A stretch of 63,000 nt of DNA, the filler included. It is 3 parts of 3 records of this genome, joined end to end, with 100 filler letters (N's around TTAATTAATTAA, not from the genome) between each part and the next. Parts side by side here need not be neighbours in the genome. Positions count along the whole stretch, not along the records: positions 1 to 19,247 come from SRR20825019_1520; 2 more parts are not named here. One strand, written 5' to 3'. The position numbers and the translations under genes were made by a program. Below, piece after piece: positions 1 to 10,123 of the stretch (positions are counted from its first letter, which is position 1; each line of letters starts with the position of its first letter). The notes beneath the pieces were generated by a model that saw nothing but the letters and a program-made list of their open reading frames with translations, ran no database searches and had not been told where the DNA came from.

Positions 1-713
1 TTAGACTTCCCAAACATTTCTGTAGTAAAGTATTGTAAGGTTTGTTTTAAATCTGCAAATGACACGCCTTTATCTACATATAATCCTTCTACTTGGTGAA
101 AAAAGCAATGAGAACGCGCAGATATAGCTTCGTTTCTATAAACTCTTCCTGGAGAAATAGTACGAATAGGTGGTTTGTTCTCTTCCATATAACGCACTTG
201 CACACCAGATGTGTGTGTACGCAAAACAACGTCTGGATCTTTTTCTACAAAGAAAGTATCCTGCATATCTCTGGCAGGATGATGTTCTGTAAAATTTAAT
301 GCAGTAAAATTGTGCCAATCGTCTTCTATTTCTGGACCATCAGAAACATTAAAGCCAATGTTTGAAAACACTTCGATAATTCTATTCTTAACTAAAGAAA
401 TAGGATGACGTGCACCAATTTCAATAGGTTCACCTGGTCTAGATAAATCGCCGTACTTACCTTTATCATCTACAGTAGACTCTACTGCATCTTTAAGGGT
501 GTTTACTCTTTCTTGAGCAGCGTTTTTCCAATGGTTAATGGCTTGACCAAATTCTTTTTTTTCTTCATTAGCCACATTTTTGAACTCGGAGAAGTATTGA
601 TTTAAAAGACCTTTTTTACCAAGGTATTTAATTCTAAATTCTTCAATTTCAGCTTCTGTTTTAGCTTCAAAAGCTTCAACATCTTTAATATAGGCTTTAA
701 TCTTATCTAACAT
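1..713 (-). CDS. pheS: Phenylalanine--tRNA ligase alpha subunit (3' end outside the window)
   Basis: Absent from the ORF track. Manual translation from ATG 713 gives [15 protein letters not shown]...RIKYLGKKG...HPIS...HTSSVQVR...[25 protein letters not shown], which are PheS motifs. Confidence 0.95.
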   Translation of the reverse strand, partial: [237 protein letters not shown]

Positions 714-734
714 ATCGTGTATTCAAAAGGGATG

Positions 735-742
735 CAAATTTA
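735..742 (-). promoter_or_regulatory. Bacteroidota -7 promoter element for pheS
   Basis: TAAATTTG on the minus strand matches TAnnTTTG, 21 nt upstream of the ATG. Confidence 0.6.
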
Positions 743-767
743 ACCAATTTGGTGATTTTATGAGAGT

Positions 768-1361
768 CTATTCAGTATTTAATCTTTTTAATATCATTGG
801 TTGTACTTCTTCAAACCATTCGTTACTTAAAATACTAAGCACAATGCTATCTCTGCGGCCATTTGGAGCTGTACAATTATTTCGTAAAACACCTTCGACA
901 GTAGCTCCAATGTTTTTCATTGCTTTTATGCTTCGCGCATTATTATAATCTGCCCTAAATTCCACGCGTTCAAAGTGTAGCGTTTCGAAAATAAATTTTA
1001 GCAACAGATATTTGCAATGGGTATTTAAGCCTGTACCTCTGTAAGCTTTACCATACCACGTATAGCCCAAAGAACAGGTTTTATGATAACGATTTATATC
1101 ATATAACCTTGTAGATCCAGCTATACTATTATCGCGTTTATCTGTAACTATAAAAGGATATGCCTTTTCTTCTTTTTTAGCTTGTAATGCCGTTTGTATG
1201 TAAGTTTCTAAAGCGACTTCTGAATTTGGTTGCTGTAATGAGTAGGTCCAAGTTTCGGGTTCATTTAAGGAATATTGCAACAAGTGCTTTGTAGCCTGTT
1301 TTGAAAGCGGACTTAGTTTTACCCTTACATCTTCTAATATTATTTCAGCATTAAAGTCCAT
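768..1361 (-). CDS. GNAT (RimJ/RimL-like) N-acetyltransferase
   Basis: GYTWYGKAYRGTGLN...ERVEFRADYNNARS...GATVEG pattern. Confidence 0.85.
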   Translation of the reverse strand: MDFNAEIILEDVRVKLSPLSKQATKHLLQYSLNEPETWTYSLQQPNSEVALETYIQTALQAKKEEKAYPFIVTDKRDNSIAGSTRLYDINRYHKTCSLGYTWYGKAYRGTGLNTHCKYLLLKFIFETLHFERVEFRADYNNARSIKAMKNIGATVEGVLRNNCTAPNGRRDSIVLSILSNEWFEEVQPMILKRLNTE

Positions 1362-2077
1362 TAGTAATTAACTTTTTGATGTCTATCTAAATAGATAAAA
1401 TTAAACATAAAAAAAACTGCTGTACCACCTGCCAAATGCCATAACCAATGTGTTCCCATTGATAAAAACTCAAACCTATCTGAAATTCTAAACATAACAG
1501 CCAAAGCAAAGGTGAATGCAGACAACGCTACCCAAACTCCATGTTTAAAGTTTACCTTAAATAGATAAAGACAAATGGGCAATAGTACACTAACAGCTGT
1601 AATTATATAGCCTATAGATTCTTTATATCTTACTGGAAACGGCAAAAACCGAAGGCCAAATGAGCCACCAACAAAAAATGCAGCTAGTAATAAGCGTCGC
1701 CACCAAGATTTTGAAAATTTGAAAATAAAATAGAATACTGCAGATACTGTAAGCACTAAAATTGGCACATAATCCATTAAAAGCCAAGCTTCGTGACTTC
1801 TTAATCCATGATATAATGTGCCGCCAACATAACCTATAAATAAAATTGGAAGAACCCAATAGCCTAAAAATTTATGGGTTTGATTAGAGTTATAAATCTT
1901 AACTCCAAAATAAATAACAATTGCCAGGAAAATAATGTTGCTGAAAGTATTAAATGGCTCTACAGGAAAACTGCCAGGCAAGGTCTCTGTATAAACAGGA
2001 CCAGAATCTTTAGGAAACTCTAATTGTAATAAAATACGAGATACTAATTGTTGTGCCATTCTCACAAATATAGACAA
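1361..2077 (-). CDS. Ceramidase/hemolysin-III-like (CREST-type) multi-pass membrane protein
   Basis: About 7 hydrophobic segments; EPFNTFSN, GGTLYH and HWLWH putative metal-binding motifs. Start codon uncertain. Confidence 0.65.
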   Translation of the reverse strand: MSIFVRMAQQLVSRILLQLEFPKDSGPVYTETLPGSFPVEPFNTFSNIIFLAIVIYFGVKIYNSNQTHKFLGYWVLPILFIGYVGGTLYHGLRSHEAWLLMDYVPILVLTVSAVFYFIFKFSKSWWRRLLLAAFFVGGSFGLRFLPFPVRYKESIGYIITAVSVLLPICLYLFKVNFKHGVWVALSAFTFALAVMFRISDRFEFLSMGTHWLWHLAGGTAVFFMFNFIYLDRHQKVNY

Positions 2078-2133
2078 ATATAAAGCTGATTATTAAGCTT
2101 TTTCGGAGCTTAAGAAAGATTTAGTAAAATAGA

Positions 2134-2778
2134 TTACTCTTGAGTATTTACCAGGATAACTTCTTCTGGAGTAACAGCAAATACAACGTCGTCTTTATCT
2201 GGAGTCATAATATAGTTACCTGTAAACTCTCCAAAAGCTGGTAGGATAAGTTGGCATTTTCTTTGAAAAAAGGCTGGTAATTTTAAAAATTGCCTGCCTA
2301 TTCCTCTTAATTTTATACCTGGATGAATGTGTCCAGAAAAATTATATAGCGCATCTCTTTCTTCTGGTATATGGGTAAGAAGAAAGCCGTCTAAAACCCA
2401 CTCAGATACAAGCTTTACACCCAACTCCTCATATCTGTCTGGAGAAATAATATCATGATTACCTACCACCAAGACAATAGCTGCAGTTTGAGTACTTGTC
2501 CATTGTTCAAAAAGATTCCACTCTGTATTAAGGTTACTGTGAAAAAGGTCACCAAGAAAACAAATTACTTTAGGAGCAAAACTTTGTATAACATCTTGCA
2601 GTTTTTCAAAGTTTTTAGCAATTGCTTTTTTAGGTACTGCACTGCCGTGTTTTCTAAAATGTGAAACCTTACCTAGGTGCACGTCAGAAATTAATAGCAT
2701 TTCTCTTTCATGCCAATACATAGCTCCGCTTGGGTGAAGCGTAAAATTGTGGTTTTGTATAGTAATTGGCTTATTCAC
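2134..2778 (-). CDS. pdeM: Ligase-associated DNA damage response metallophosphoesterase/endonuclease
   Basis: Calcineurin-like motifs DVHLGK, GDLFH, GNHD, SGHIHP and LPAFG; sits downstream of the Lhr-like helicase. Confidence 0.9.
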   Translation of the reverse strand: MNKPITIQNHNFTLHPSGAMYWHEREMLLISDVHLGKVSHFRKHGSAVPKKAIAKNFEKLQDVIQSFAPKVICFLGDLFHSNLNTEWNLFEQWTSTQTAAIVLVVGNHDIISPDRYEELGVKLVSEWVLDGFLLTHIPEERDALYNFSGHIHPGIKLRGIGRQFLKLPAFFQRKCQLILPAFGEFTGNYIMTPDKDDVVFAVTPEEVILVNTQE

Positions 2779-2906
2779 CTCACAAAGTTATGGGAATGCT
2801 CTTTGCCTACAATACATTAAAAGAAAATCTTTTTGAATACGTTGAATATAATTTAATACAGCTTTTAATTCTTAAAAATTAAATTTAGATGGTGCAAAGC
2901 AGTAAA

Positions 2907-5369
2907 TTATTTGGAAAGCGTGGCAATCATTCGCTTAATGCGGTCTGCTAATTTTTCTGAGGAAAGCTTTTCACGTAACCTGTCTGTAATTATAGGGAAA
3001 CTAAATGGAGTTGGTTTGCTGCAAGGTTTCCATACTATCTGCTGTAATTTTATTCGCTCTAAGGCTTCTCTTAATCTGCCTTCTTCTAAAGAATGCTCAA
3101 AAGTTTCTCTAAAAGCCTGTTGAAAGAGTAAATTGTCTGCTTCATAATCTCTAAATACATCAAATAATAACTGCGAATTACTTTGCAAGTGCTTCATTTT
3201 TACAGATCGGTTTGGGTAGCCTGTAAAGACCATACCGCTTATTACCGCTATATCTCTAAACTTACGCCTTGCCATTTCTGTAGCGTTTAAACTGTTTTGA
3301 AGATCATCTAATAAATATTCTGATGTAAATAAGTTATTATCAATTACCTCATTAATATCTACCTCTTTATCTGAAAGTATTTCGAAACCATAATCATTAA
3401 AGGCTAATGAAAATGTGATGGGAGACAGTAAGCTTATACGATAAGCTAATAAACTTCCCATAGCCTCGTGTACAAAACGGCCTTCAAAGGGATAAAATAC
3501 ATTATGGTAGCCTTCTCTTGTTTTAAAAGTTTCAATTAAAAATTGATTGTCTTTAGGAATACAGCTTTCTTTACGTTGTTGTTTAAATATATGCGCCAGC
3601 GATTTAAGCTCTCTCGATTGCTTATTTGAGTTGGTAGCCGCCAAATACAATTCATTACGTAGCAACTCAGACATTTGAGCAGAAAACGTTAAGCGGCCGC
3701 CCATCCAGGCAGGCACTCTATTTGTCCTTTTATTACTGTTTTTAACGTGAACTTGCATTCCTTTAATCCTAATAAATTCAAGGTTTCTACCAGCAAACGT
3801 AAAAACATCACCTCGTGTAAGTTTAGAGGCAAAATATTCTTCTACCATACCAATATAGCCGCCAGTTTGATATTTTACAGTAAGGTTTGCATCTCCAACA
3901 ATGGTCCCTATTTGCAACCTGTGTCGCATAGCAACACCTTTATTGTTTACCTTAAACAATCCATTATCTTCTACCTCAACTTTTTTATACTCATCATAGG
4001 CCTGTAAAGACTGTGCGCCCATTACTAAATAGTTGCAGAGCCATTGAAAATCTTCTTGAGTTAAACCTTGAAAGCAAAATGTTGAAGCTATTTCTGGGTA
4101 GATATCCTTTGGAAGAAAACCATTAGACACCGCCAAAGTTGTTAAATGCTGAAGTAAAACATCGTAGCTTAAAAGGTACGGTAACCTATCTTCAACCGCC
4201 TTCGTTTTTACTGCTTTTTGCAATGCAGAAGCTTCAACCAATTCCATAGCGTGCGTTGGCAAAAAATGTATTACACTCGTTTTTCCTGGTTGGTGGCCAC
4301 TACGACCTGCACGTTGTAAAAATCTGGCAACACCTTTTGGTCCGCCTATTTGAATTATAGTTTCAACTGGAGCAAAATCGACACCTAAATCTAAACTCGA
4401 TGTACAAACCACTGCTTTTAGGGTTTCGTTTCTTATGGCGTCTTCAACCCAAAGTCTTGTATCTTTATTTATACTACCGTGATGCATTGCCATTTCTCCA
4501 GCAAATTCAGGATATTTTTCTAATATTCTCTGAAACCAAATTTCACATTGGCTACGTGTATTTGTAAATAATAACGTAGATTTTGATGCTTTTAAGATAG
4601 GAATTACCTCATCTAATAAGTGAAGACCAAGGTGACCGCGCCAAGGAAATGTTTCCATTTTATCTGGAATAATACTCTTAACAACAATCTTTTTATTAAT
4701 GTTTGCCTTTATTAATACTGAATTTTGAAACGCCGTTGTTTGTGGTCCCAAGAGTACTTCTCTAGCTTGGTCTAAATTACCTATTGTAGCAGAAATACCC
4801 CAAATTCTTAGTGTGGAAGCAACTGTTTTTAATCTTGATAAGGCTAACTCCATTTGTACGCCACGTTTTGTGCCTAGAAGCTCGTGCCATTCATCAACTA
4901 CAATAGCTGAGCAATCTTTAAATACCTTATCATAACCTTTAGAGGAAAGCAATAGTTGTAAGCTTTCTGGTGTTGTAATTAGCAGGTCTGGCATTGCTCG
5001 TTTTTGTTTAGCCCGATCTTTTGGAGAGGTGTCTCCAGTACGAATACCTACTGTAAGTGGTAAGTCTAAACCATTTATAACACGCTCACTTGCTTGTTTT
5101 ATTTCTTGTGATAACGATCTTAATGGCGTAATCCAAATAGCTTTTAGCCCTTTTTTATGTTTGGTTTTATACTCAGAATTGTTTTTTATGTAATTAAGCA
5201 AAATTGGAAACCAAAGCGCATAGGTTTTTCCGCTTCCAGTAGGTGCATTTAACAACCCATGTTGTCCTTTTAAAAAAGCTTGCCAAGTTTGTTTTTGAAA
5301 AGGAAAAGGCGACCATCCTTGATCTTTAAACCACTGCTCTGCTACTAATAAAAGTTCCTTTCTATTCAT
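2907..5369 (-). CDS. Ligase-associated DEXH-box helicase (Lhr-core-like)
   Basis: APTGSGKT, DEWH, SAT, HHGS, SSLDLGVDF and QRAGRSGH motifs. Confidence 0.92.
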   Translation of the reverse strand: MNRKELLLVAEQWFKDQGWSPFPFQKQTWQAFLKGQHGLLNAPTGSGKTYALWFPILLNYIKNNSEYKTKHKKGLKAIWITPLRSLSQEIKQASERVINGLDLPLTVGIRTGDTSPKDRAKQKRAMPDLLITTPESLQLLLSSKGYDKVFKDCSAIVVDEWHELLGTKRGVQMELALSRLKTVASTLRIWGISATIGNLDQAREVLLGPQTTAFQNSVLIKANINKKIVVKSIIPDKMETFPWRGHLGLHLLDEVIPILKASKSTLLFTNTRSQCEIWFQRILEKYPEFAGEMAMHHGSINKDTRLWVEDAIRNETLKAVVCTSSLDLGVDFAPVETIIQIGGPKGVARFLQRAGRSGHQPGKTSVIHFLPTHAMELVEASALQKAVKTKAVEDRLPYLLSYDVLLQHLTTLAVSNGFLPKDIYPEIASTFCFQGLTQEDFQWLCNYLVMGAQSLQAYDEYKKVEVEDNGLFKVNNKGVAMRHRLQIGTIVGDANLTVKYQTGGYIGMVEEYFASKLTRGDVFTFAGRNLEFIRIKGMQVHVKNSNKRTNRVPAWMGGRLTFSAQMSELLRNELYLAATNSNKQSRELKSLAHIFKQQRKESCIPKDNQFLIETFKTREGYHNVFYPFEGRFVHEAMGSLLAYRISLLSPITFSLAFNDYGFEILSDKEVDINEVIDNNLFTSEYLLDDLQNSLNATEMARRKFRDIAVISGMVFTGYPNRSVKMKHLQSNSQLLFDVFRDYEADNLLFQQAFRETFEHSLEEGRLREALERIKLQQIVWKPCSKPTPFSFPIITDRLREKLSSEKLADRIKRMIATLSK

Positions 5370-5382
5370 ATTACTATTGAAT

Positions 5383-6975
5383 TTAAGGAATTAAGCGTTT
5401 TAAATCTTCTAAAGTATTTGCCTCTTCTAAGGGTTTATCTTGTCGCCATCTTAAAATTCTCGGAAAACGGGTAGCTACTCCACTTTTATGTCTTTTGGAC
5501 TCTGCAATCCCTTCAAAAGCAATTTCAAAAACATGATGAGGCTTTACACTTCTTACAGGACCAAAACGTTCAATAGTATTTTTCTTAATCCAAGCATCAA
5601 CTTTTCTAAACTCAGCATCTGTAAGTCCAGAATAGGCTTTTGCAAAGGTTACAAGTTCTGTTTTATCATCATTCCATAATCCAAACGTATAGTCTGTAAA
5701 CAGATTGCTTCGTCTTCCATGACCTCTCATTGCGTAAGTTAATACGGCATCAATTGTTAATGGATCTACTTTCCATTTCCACCAATCGCCTTTTTTCCTA
5801 CCAACTAAATACGGTGAATCTAGTCGTTTTAACATCAAGCCTTCAGATTTTTTATCTCTTGACGTTTCTCGTTCTTTAGCCATTTCTTCCCAAGAGGAAA
5901 AACTCATACGCTCGCTTAGCTGTAAAGGCAATGTTTCTGCCTGAACGTTATTAACTAAAGTTTCTAAAACCTTTCTACGTTCAATAAATGGTTTAGATCT
6001 TAAGTCTTCTCCTTGCCACTCTAATAAATCATAAGCCTTTAAGATAACAGGCACTTTCTTTAAAAGCGCCTTAGACACTGTTTTTCTACCAATACGCTTT
6101 TGCATATCATTAAAAGTGCCAATTTCTCCATTGGGGAAAGGGAGCAACTCACCATCTATAACAGTGCCATTAGGTATTGCCTCTGTAAACACTTGAAATT
6201 CTGGATATTTATCTGTTACCAACTCTTCGCCTCTACTCCACACAAAAAGCTCGTCATTTCTTATAATAACTTGGCTTCGTATACCATCCCATTTATGTTC
6301 TGCACTCCAATCTTTTACATTACCTAAATCTTTTGGTTCACCTTCGATAGCATAAGCTAGATAAAATGGATAAGGCTTACTTAGGTAGTCTTCTTCATTT
6401 TCTTCTAAAATTAACTCCTGAAAAGTAGTTGATTTTGGAGTCCAATCTCCCATAAGTTTATAGGCCAAGATATCTTCGTCTATTTCTGTAGCTTTAGATA
6501 ATGCTCGTGTCATTAATTTTTGGCTTACACCAATCCTAAAACTACCAGTAATAAGTTTACAGAACACAAAACGTTCATAATAGTTTAAAGACGTCCAGTT
6601 TTCAACTACATATTCTTTTTTCTCTTCTTCACTTCGGGGTTTTAAGGCAACTATTTCTTCTAAGAACTGAGATAAGGGTTTCTCTGAGTCTTCTTCTGCA
6701 TTAGGAATTACTAATGCTATTGTTTCTGCCAAGTCTCCTACAATATGGTATGACTCCTCAAAAAGCCATAATGGAATTCCAGACAGCTCACTTGCCCATT
6801 GGCGTAACAATGTTGTGTTTACTGGCCTTGGTGGCCTTCTGTGAGACAGAATGGCAATTGTCCAAAGTTTGTCTTTTGCATTTGCTGTTTTAAAGTACTG
6901 TGTTAAAGCCTCAACTTTTTTTGTGGTTTTATTTGTACTATCAAGCGTCTTAATAAGTGATGCAAACTGTTTCAC
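5383..6975 (-). CDS. ATP-dependent DNA ligase
   Basis: Adenylation motif EHKWDGIR plus DGEL, EGLMLK, WWKWK and RFPRI. Confidence 0.95.
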   Translation of the reverse strand: MKQFASLIKTLDSTNKTTKKVEALTQYFKTANAKDKLWTIAILSHRRPPRPVNTTLLRQWASELSGIPLWLFEESYHIVGDLAETIALVIPNAEEDSEKPLSQFLEEIVALKPRSEEEKKEYVVENWTSLNYYERFVFCKLITGSFRIGVSQKLMTRALSKATEIDEDILAYKLMGDWTPKSTTFQELILEENEEDYLSKPYPFYLAYAIEGEPKDLGNVKDWSAEHKWDGIRSQVIIRNDELFVWSRGEELVTDKYPEFQVFTEAIPNGTVIDGELLPFPNGEIGTFNDMQKRIGRKTVSKALLKKVPVILKAYDLLEWQGEDLRSKPFIERRKVLETLVNNVQAETLPLQLSERMSFSSWEEMAKERETSRDKKSEGLMLKRLDSPYLVGRKKGDWWKWKVDPLTIDAVLTYAMRGHGRRSNLFTDYTFGLWNDDKTELVTFAKAYSGLTDAEFRKVDAWIKKNTIERFGPVRSVKPHHVFEIAFEGIAESKRHKSGVATRFPRILRWRQDKPLEEANTLEDLKRLIP

Positions 6976-8015
6976 GATGCCTCTTCTTTTTGTGTTTCAA
7001 GTTCTGCTAACTCGCCTTCAAATTGCGTGCTTTCTGTTCTGGCGTCATAACCTTGTTCTTGTAAAAACCTTGAAAAGATATCTGTATAACCGTGCGTGCA
7101 AATAATTTTTTCTGCACCAGTTGCCTTTATACTTGAGAGCAACCCTTGCCAATCACAATGATCGCTTAACACAAATCCTTTATCTATTGCGCGTCTTCTT
7201 CTTGCTCCTCTAAACGTCATCCAACCACTTGCACTTCCTGTAACATAAGGTACCATTTTTTTAATCCAAGGACTACCGTGAGCACTTGGTGGTGCTAAAA
7301 CCATTTGCCCTTTAAGATCTTCTTTTTTTGTGTCTCTTGTAATTCTTATAGTTTCTGGCATATGTACTAGTGGTCTTACCACTTCGGTCATATTTTCAAT
7401 GGCTGCATGAGTGAAAATCTTACCAATACTAGGATCTAAATGCTTTAACAAACGTTGTGCTTTTCCTAAACTGTATCCAAACAACACTGAAGTTTGACCG
7501 TTGTCTTGATTGTCTTGCCACCAATTATTAATATCATTAAACACTTGTTTTTGGGGCAACCATTTAAATGCTGGAAGGCCAAAGGTACATTCTGTTATAA
7601 ATGAATGGCACTTTATAGGCTCATATGGCACAGCAATACCATCATCTTCTGTTTTATAATCTCCCGTAAACACCCAAACTTCACCTTTATGCTCTACTCT
7701 AATTTGGGAGCTTCCTATAATATGACCTGCTGGAAATAAGCTAAATTTCACATTGTTTATTACAAATTGCTCGCCCCACTTTACACCATTTACATTTATG
7801 TCTTGGCCAAGCCTATGCTTAATAATTGCAACGTTACTTGTATGCGTAATATACTGTTTATGACCCCAACGTGAATGGTCTGCGTGACCATGGGAAATAA
7901 TAGCCTTATCTACAGGCTTCCAAGGATCTAGATACACCTTGGCTGCTGCACAATAAATTCCTTTTGAATTAAACTGAAGTAATGGTTGTTTTGGCATTTG
8001 ACTAAAATTAATCAT
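6972..8015 (-). CDS. Ligase-associated DNA damage response exonuclease (metallo-beta-lactamase/beta-CASP-like)
   Basis: HGHADH, AGHIIGS, TGDYK, ECTFGLP and SDHCDW motifs; 4-nt overlap with the ligase. The start may be at MPKQ. Confidence 0.9.
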   Translation of the reverse strand: MINFSQMPKQPLLQFNSKGIYCAAAKVYLDPWKPVDKAIISHGHADHSRWGHKQYITHTSNVAIIKHRLGQDINVNGVKWGEQFVINNVKFSLFPAGHIIGSSQIRVEHKGEVWVFTGDYKTEDDGIAVPYEPIKCHSFITECTFGLPAFKWLPQKQVFNDINNWWQDNQDNGQTSVLFGYSLGKAQRLLKHLDPSIGKIFTHAAIENMTEVVRPLVHMPETIRITRDTKKEDLKGQMVLAPPSAHGSPWIKKMVPYVTGSASGWMTFRGARRRRAIDKGFVLSDHCDWQGLLSSIKATGAEKIICTHGYTDIFSRFLQEQGYDARTESTQFEGELAELETQKEEAS

Positions 8016-8105
8016 AATGCCTAGTTTGATAAAGCTTTTAATAAATTCTTAGGTATTGTTTTGCTTTATTTTAAACTTTAAAAGAGATTTCCTAAGATAG
8101 AATCT

Positions 8106-9635
8106 CTATTTGTTATTTGCTTTTAAAAAGATTTTTTCGACCACCGAAATAAGTTCCTCTTGCTTAAAAGGCTTAGATATATATGCGTTCATTCCAGCTT
8201 TAAGACAAGCTTTCTTTTGGTCTTGAGAGGCAAACGCGGTAAGTGCAACTATTGGTATTTTCTTTAAATCTCTATCTTTTAATGAACGTATAGCCTTAGT
8301 GGTTTCAAAACCATCTAAGTTAGGCATTTTAAGATCCATAAGAATAATGTCATAATCTCTTACCTGAATGTATTGTAGGGCTTTTTCTCCGTCTTGAGCT
8401 ACATCTACATAAAAACCACCATGATTTAAAAGGGATTTTACAACTAACAGTTGGTTTATTTCACTGTTATCAACAAGTAATAAATTGTATTTTTTATTGT
8501 CTTTAAATACAGATGTCTCTATAGATTTACCTATTGTTTTTGGAGACGTTCTTAAGTTTAATTTAAATGGTAAATACACTCTAAACTTACTGCCTTTTCC
8601 TAGCTCACTCTCTACTTGTATTTTCCCTTCTAAGGCTTCTACCAAGGTTTTTGTAATTGCCAAACCTAAGCCCGTACCCTTTTGTTTTTCTGAAGCATTC
8701 ACTTGATGAAAACTTTCAAAAACAGAACGTAAATGATCTTCTGGAATACCTTGCCCAGTATCTTCTACATAAAAATCTACACCTATTTTATTAGCTCTTT
8801 GAAAACTTTTCTTTACCACCAAAGAGACATTACCAACATTGGTAAACTTAATGGCATTTTCTAAAAGGTTACCTAATACTTGTTGAATTCTTAATTTATC
8901 TCCTATAGTATTACTAAGGATTTCCTCATCATACTCTACAGAAAAATTTATGCCCTTACTTTTGGCTTTTTCTTTGTAAACCTTAGCTATATCTAGGATA
9001 ACTTCTTTTAAGTTTATCTCTTCATTCGAAATTTTAAGCTCACCTAACTCTATCTTGGCAATATCCAACATATCATTAATTGTAGCAGTTAACTGCTCAC
9101 TAGCGTTGGTAATTACATCTATTAATCCTAATTGTTCAAAATTAAGATTGGTTTTTTTTAATAATTCTGAAAAGCCAACAATAGCAGTTAAAGGTGTTCT
9201 TATTTCGTGACTTATATTAGCTAGGAATTTATTTTTAAACCTGTTTTGCTGTTCTAACTGCTGGTTTTTTAGCACCAACATTTGCTTAGCAATAATAGAT
9301 TCATTTCGTTCCTGAGCTATTGTATTTAATTCCTTATAAGGTTCTGTATAGTCTATTAATGTAATTGTAAGTTGGTGTGCTTCTTTTTTAAAAGAGACAT
9401 CGCATATCCTATCTTGTTGATTAATGTCTAAATGAACACAAGGAAATGAATCTATAGTATTTGGATTATCTATAATTACTGCAGCAATGCTTTCAAAAAA
9501 TGGATGGCTTTCAAAAATATTATCTCCTTTTTTAAAATTGAAGATGTTATTATTGAAATCGATAATTTTTCCTTCTAGGTCGCAAAACACTTCTTGTGTG
9601 TTTATTCTAGAATAAATACTGGTTGAATTTGTCAT
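8106..9635 (-). CDS. Cytoplasmic hybrid sensor histidine kinase/response regulator
   Basis: H-box SHEIRTPL, N-box NLLENAIKFT, DTGQG, GTGLGL, and a C-terminal receiver (MDLKMP...KP). No transmembrane segment seen. Confidence 0.92.
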   Translation of the reverse strand: MTNSTSIYSRINTQEVFCDLEGKIIDFNNNIFNFKKGDNIFESHPFFESIAAVIIDNPNTIDSFPCVHLDINQQDRICDVSFKKEAHQLTITLIDYTEPYKELNTIAQERNESIIAKQMLVLKNQQLEQQNRFKNKFLANISHEIRTPLTAIVGFSELLKKTNLNFEQLGLIDVITNASEQLTATINDMLDIAKIELGELKISNEEINLKEVILDIAKVYKEKAKSKGINFSVEYDEEILSNTIGDKLRIQQVLGNLLENAIKFTNVGNVSLVVKKSFQRANKIGVDFYVEDTGQGIPEDHLRSVFESFHQVNASEKQKGTGLGLAITKTLVEALEGKIQVESELGKGSKFRVYLPFKLNLRTSPKTIGKSIETSVFKDNKKYNLLLVDNSEINQLLVVKSLLNHGGFYVDVAQDGEKALQYIQVRDYDIILMDLKMPNLDGFETTKAIRSLKDRDLKKIPIVALTAFASQDQKKACLKAGMNAYISKPFKQEELISVVEKIFLKANNK

Positions 9636-10123
9636 ACGCCAAGCTCATTTGCAAGTTCATTAAAAGCTTTATCTACATTTTTTCCAGATTTAGCACTTGT
9701 AAAGTAATTTATATCAAGGTTATGTTCTTTTACATATTTTAAGACAGACTTAATGTCGGCTAAATCTGATTTATTAGCCAATACCTTAATAGGGATATTG
9801 TGTTGTTTTAAGATCTCTATCTCTTCAGCTAAATTTTCATAGGTTTCAATTCTAGTTACATCAAACACATATATTATTGCTTGTGATCCTAGCAGATATG
9901 ATGCTCTAGTATCTTTTACAGAACGGGTGCCTTCTATATCCCATATTATTAAAGATAACTCATCTCCATTTTTAAGAGTTAATGTTTTCTTTTTTATCTG
10001 TACACCTAATGTAACTAAGTAGTCTTCAGAAAAAGCCTGATCTACAAAACGTCTTGTTAAGGAGGTTTTACCAACTCCAAACTGACCCAGTATGACTATT
10101 TTTTTTGCGCTACTCATCTTCAA
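9632..10123 (-). CDS. Rab/Ras-like small GTPase
   Basis: G1 GQFGVGKT, G2 YLVTLG, G3 WDIEG, G4 NKSD and G5 SAK; no C-terminal CAAX. Confidence 0.9.
   Translation of the reverse strand: MKMSSAKKIVILGQFGVGKTSLTRRFVDQAFSEDYLVTLGVQIKKKTLTLKNGDELSLIIWDIEGTRSVKDTRASYLLGSQAIIYVFDVTRIETYENLAEEIEILKQHNIPIKVLANKSDLADIKSVLKYVKEHNLDINYFTSAKSGKNVDKAFNELANELGV

Noticed and set aside
93-318. Short track ORFs 93..299 and 136..318, and similar antisense ORFs throughout
   Set aside because: They are shadow frames of pheS or other well-supported genes.
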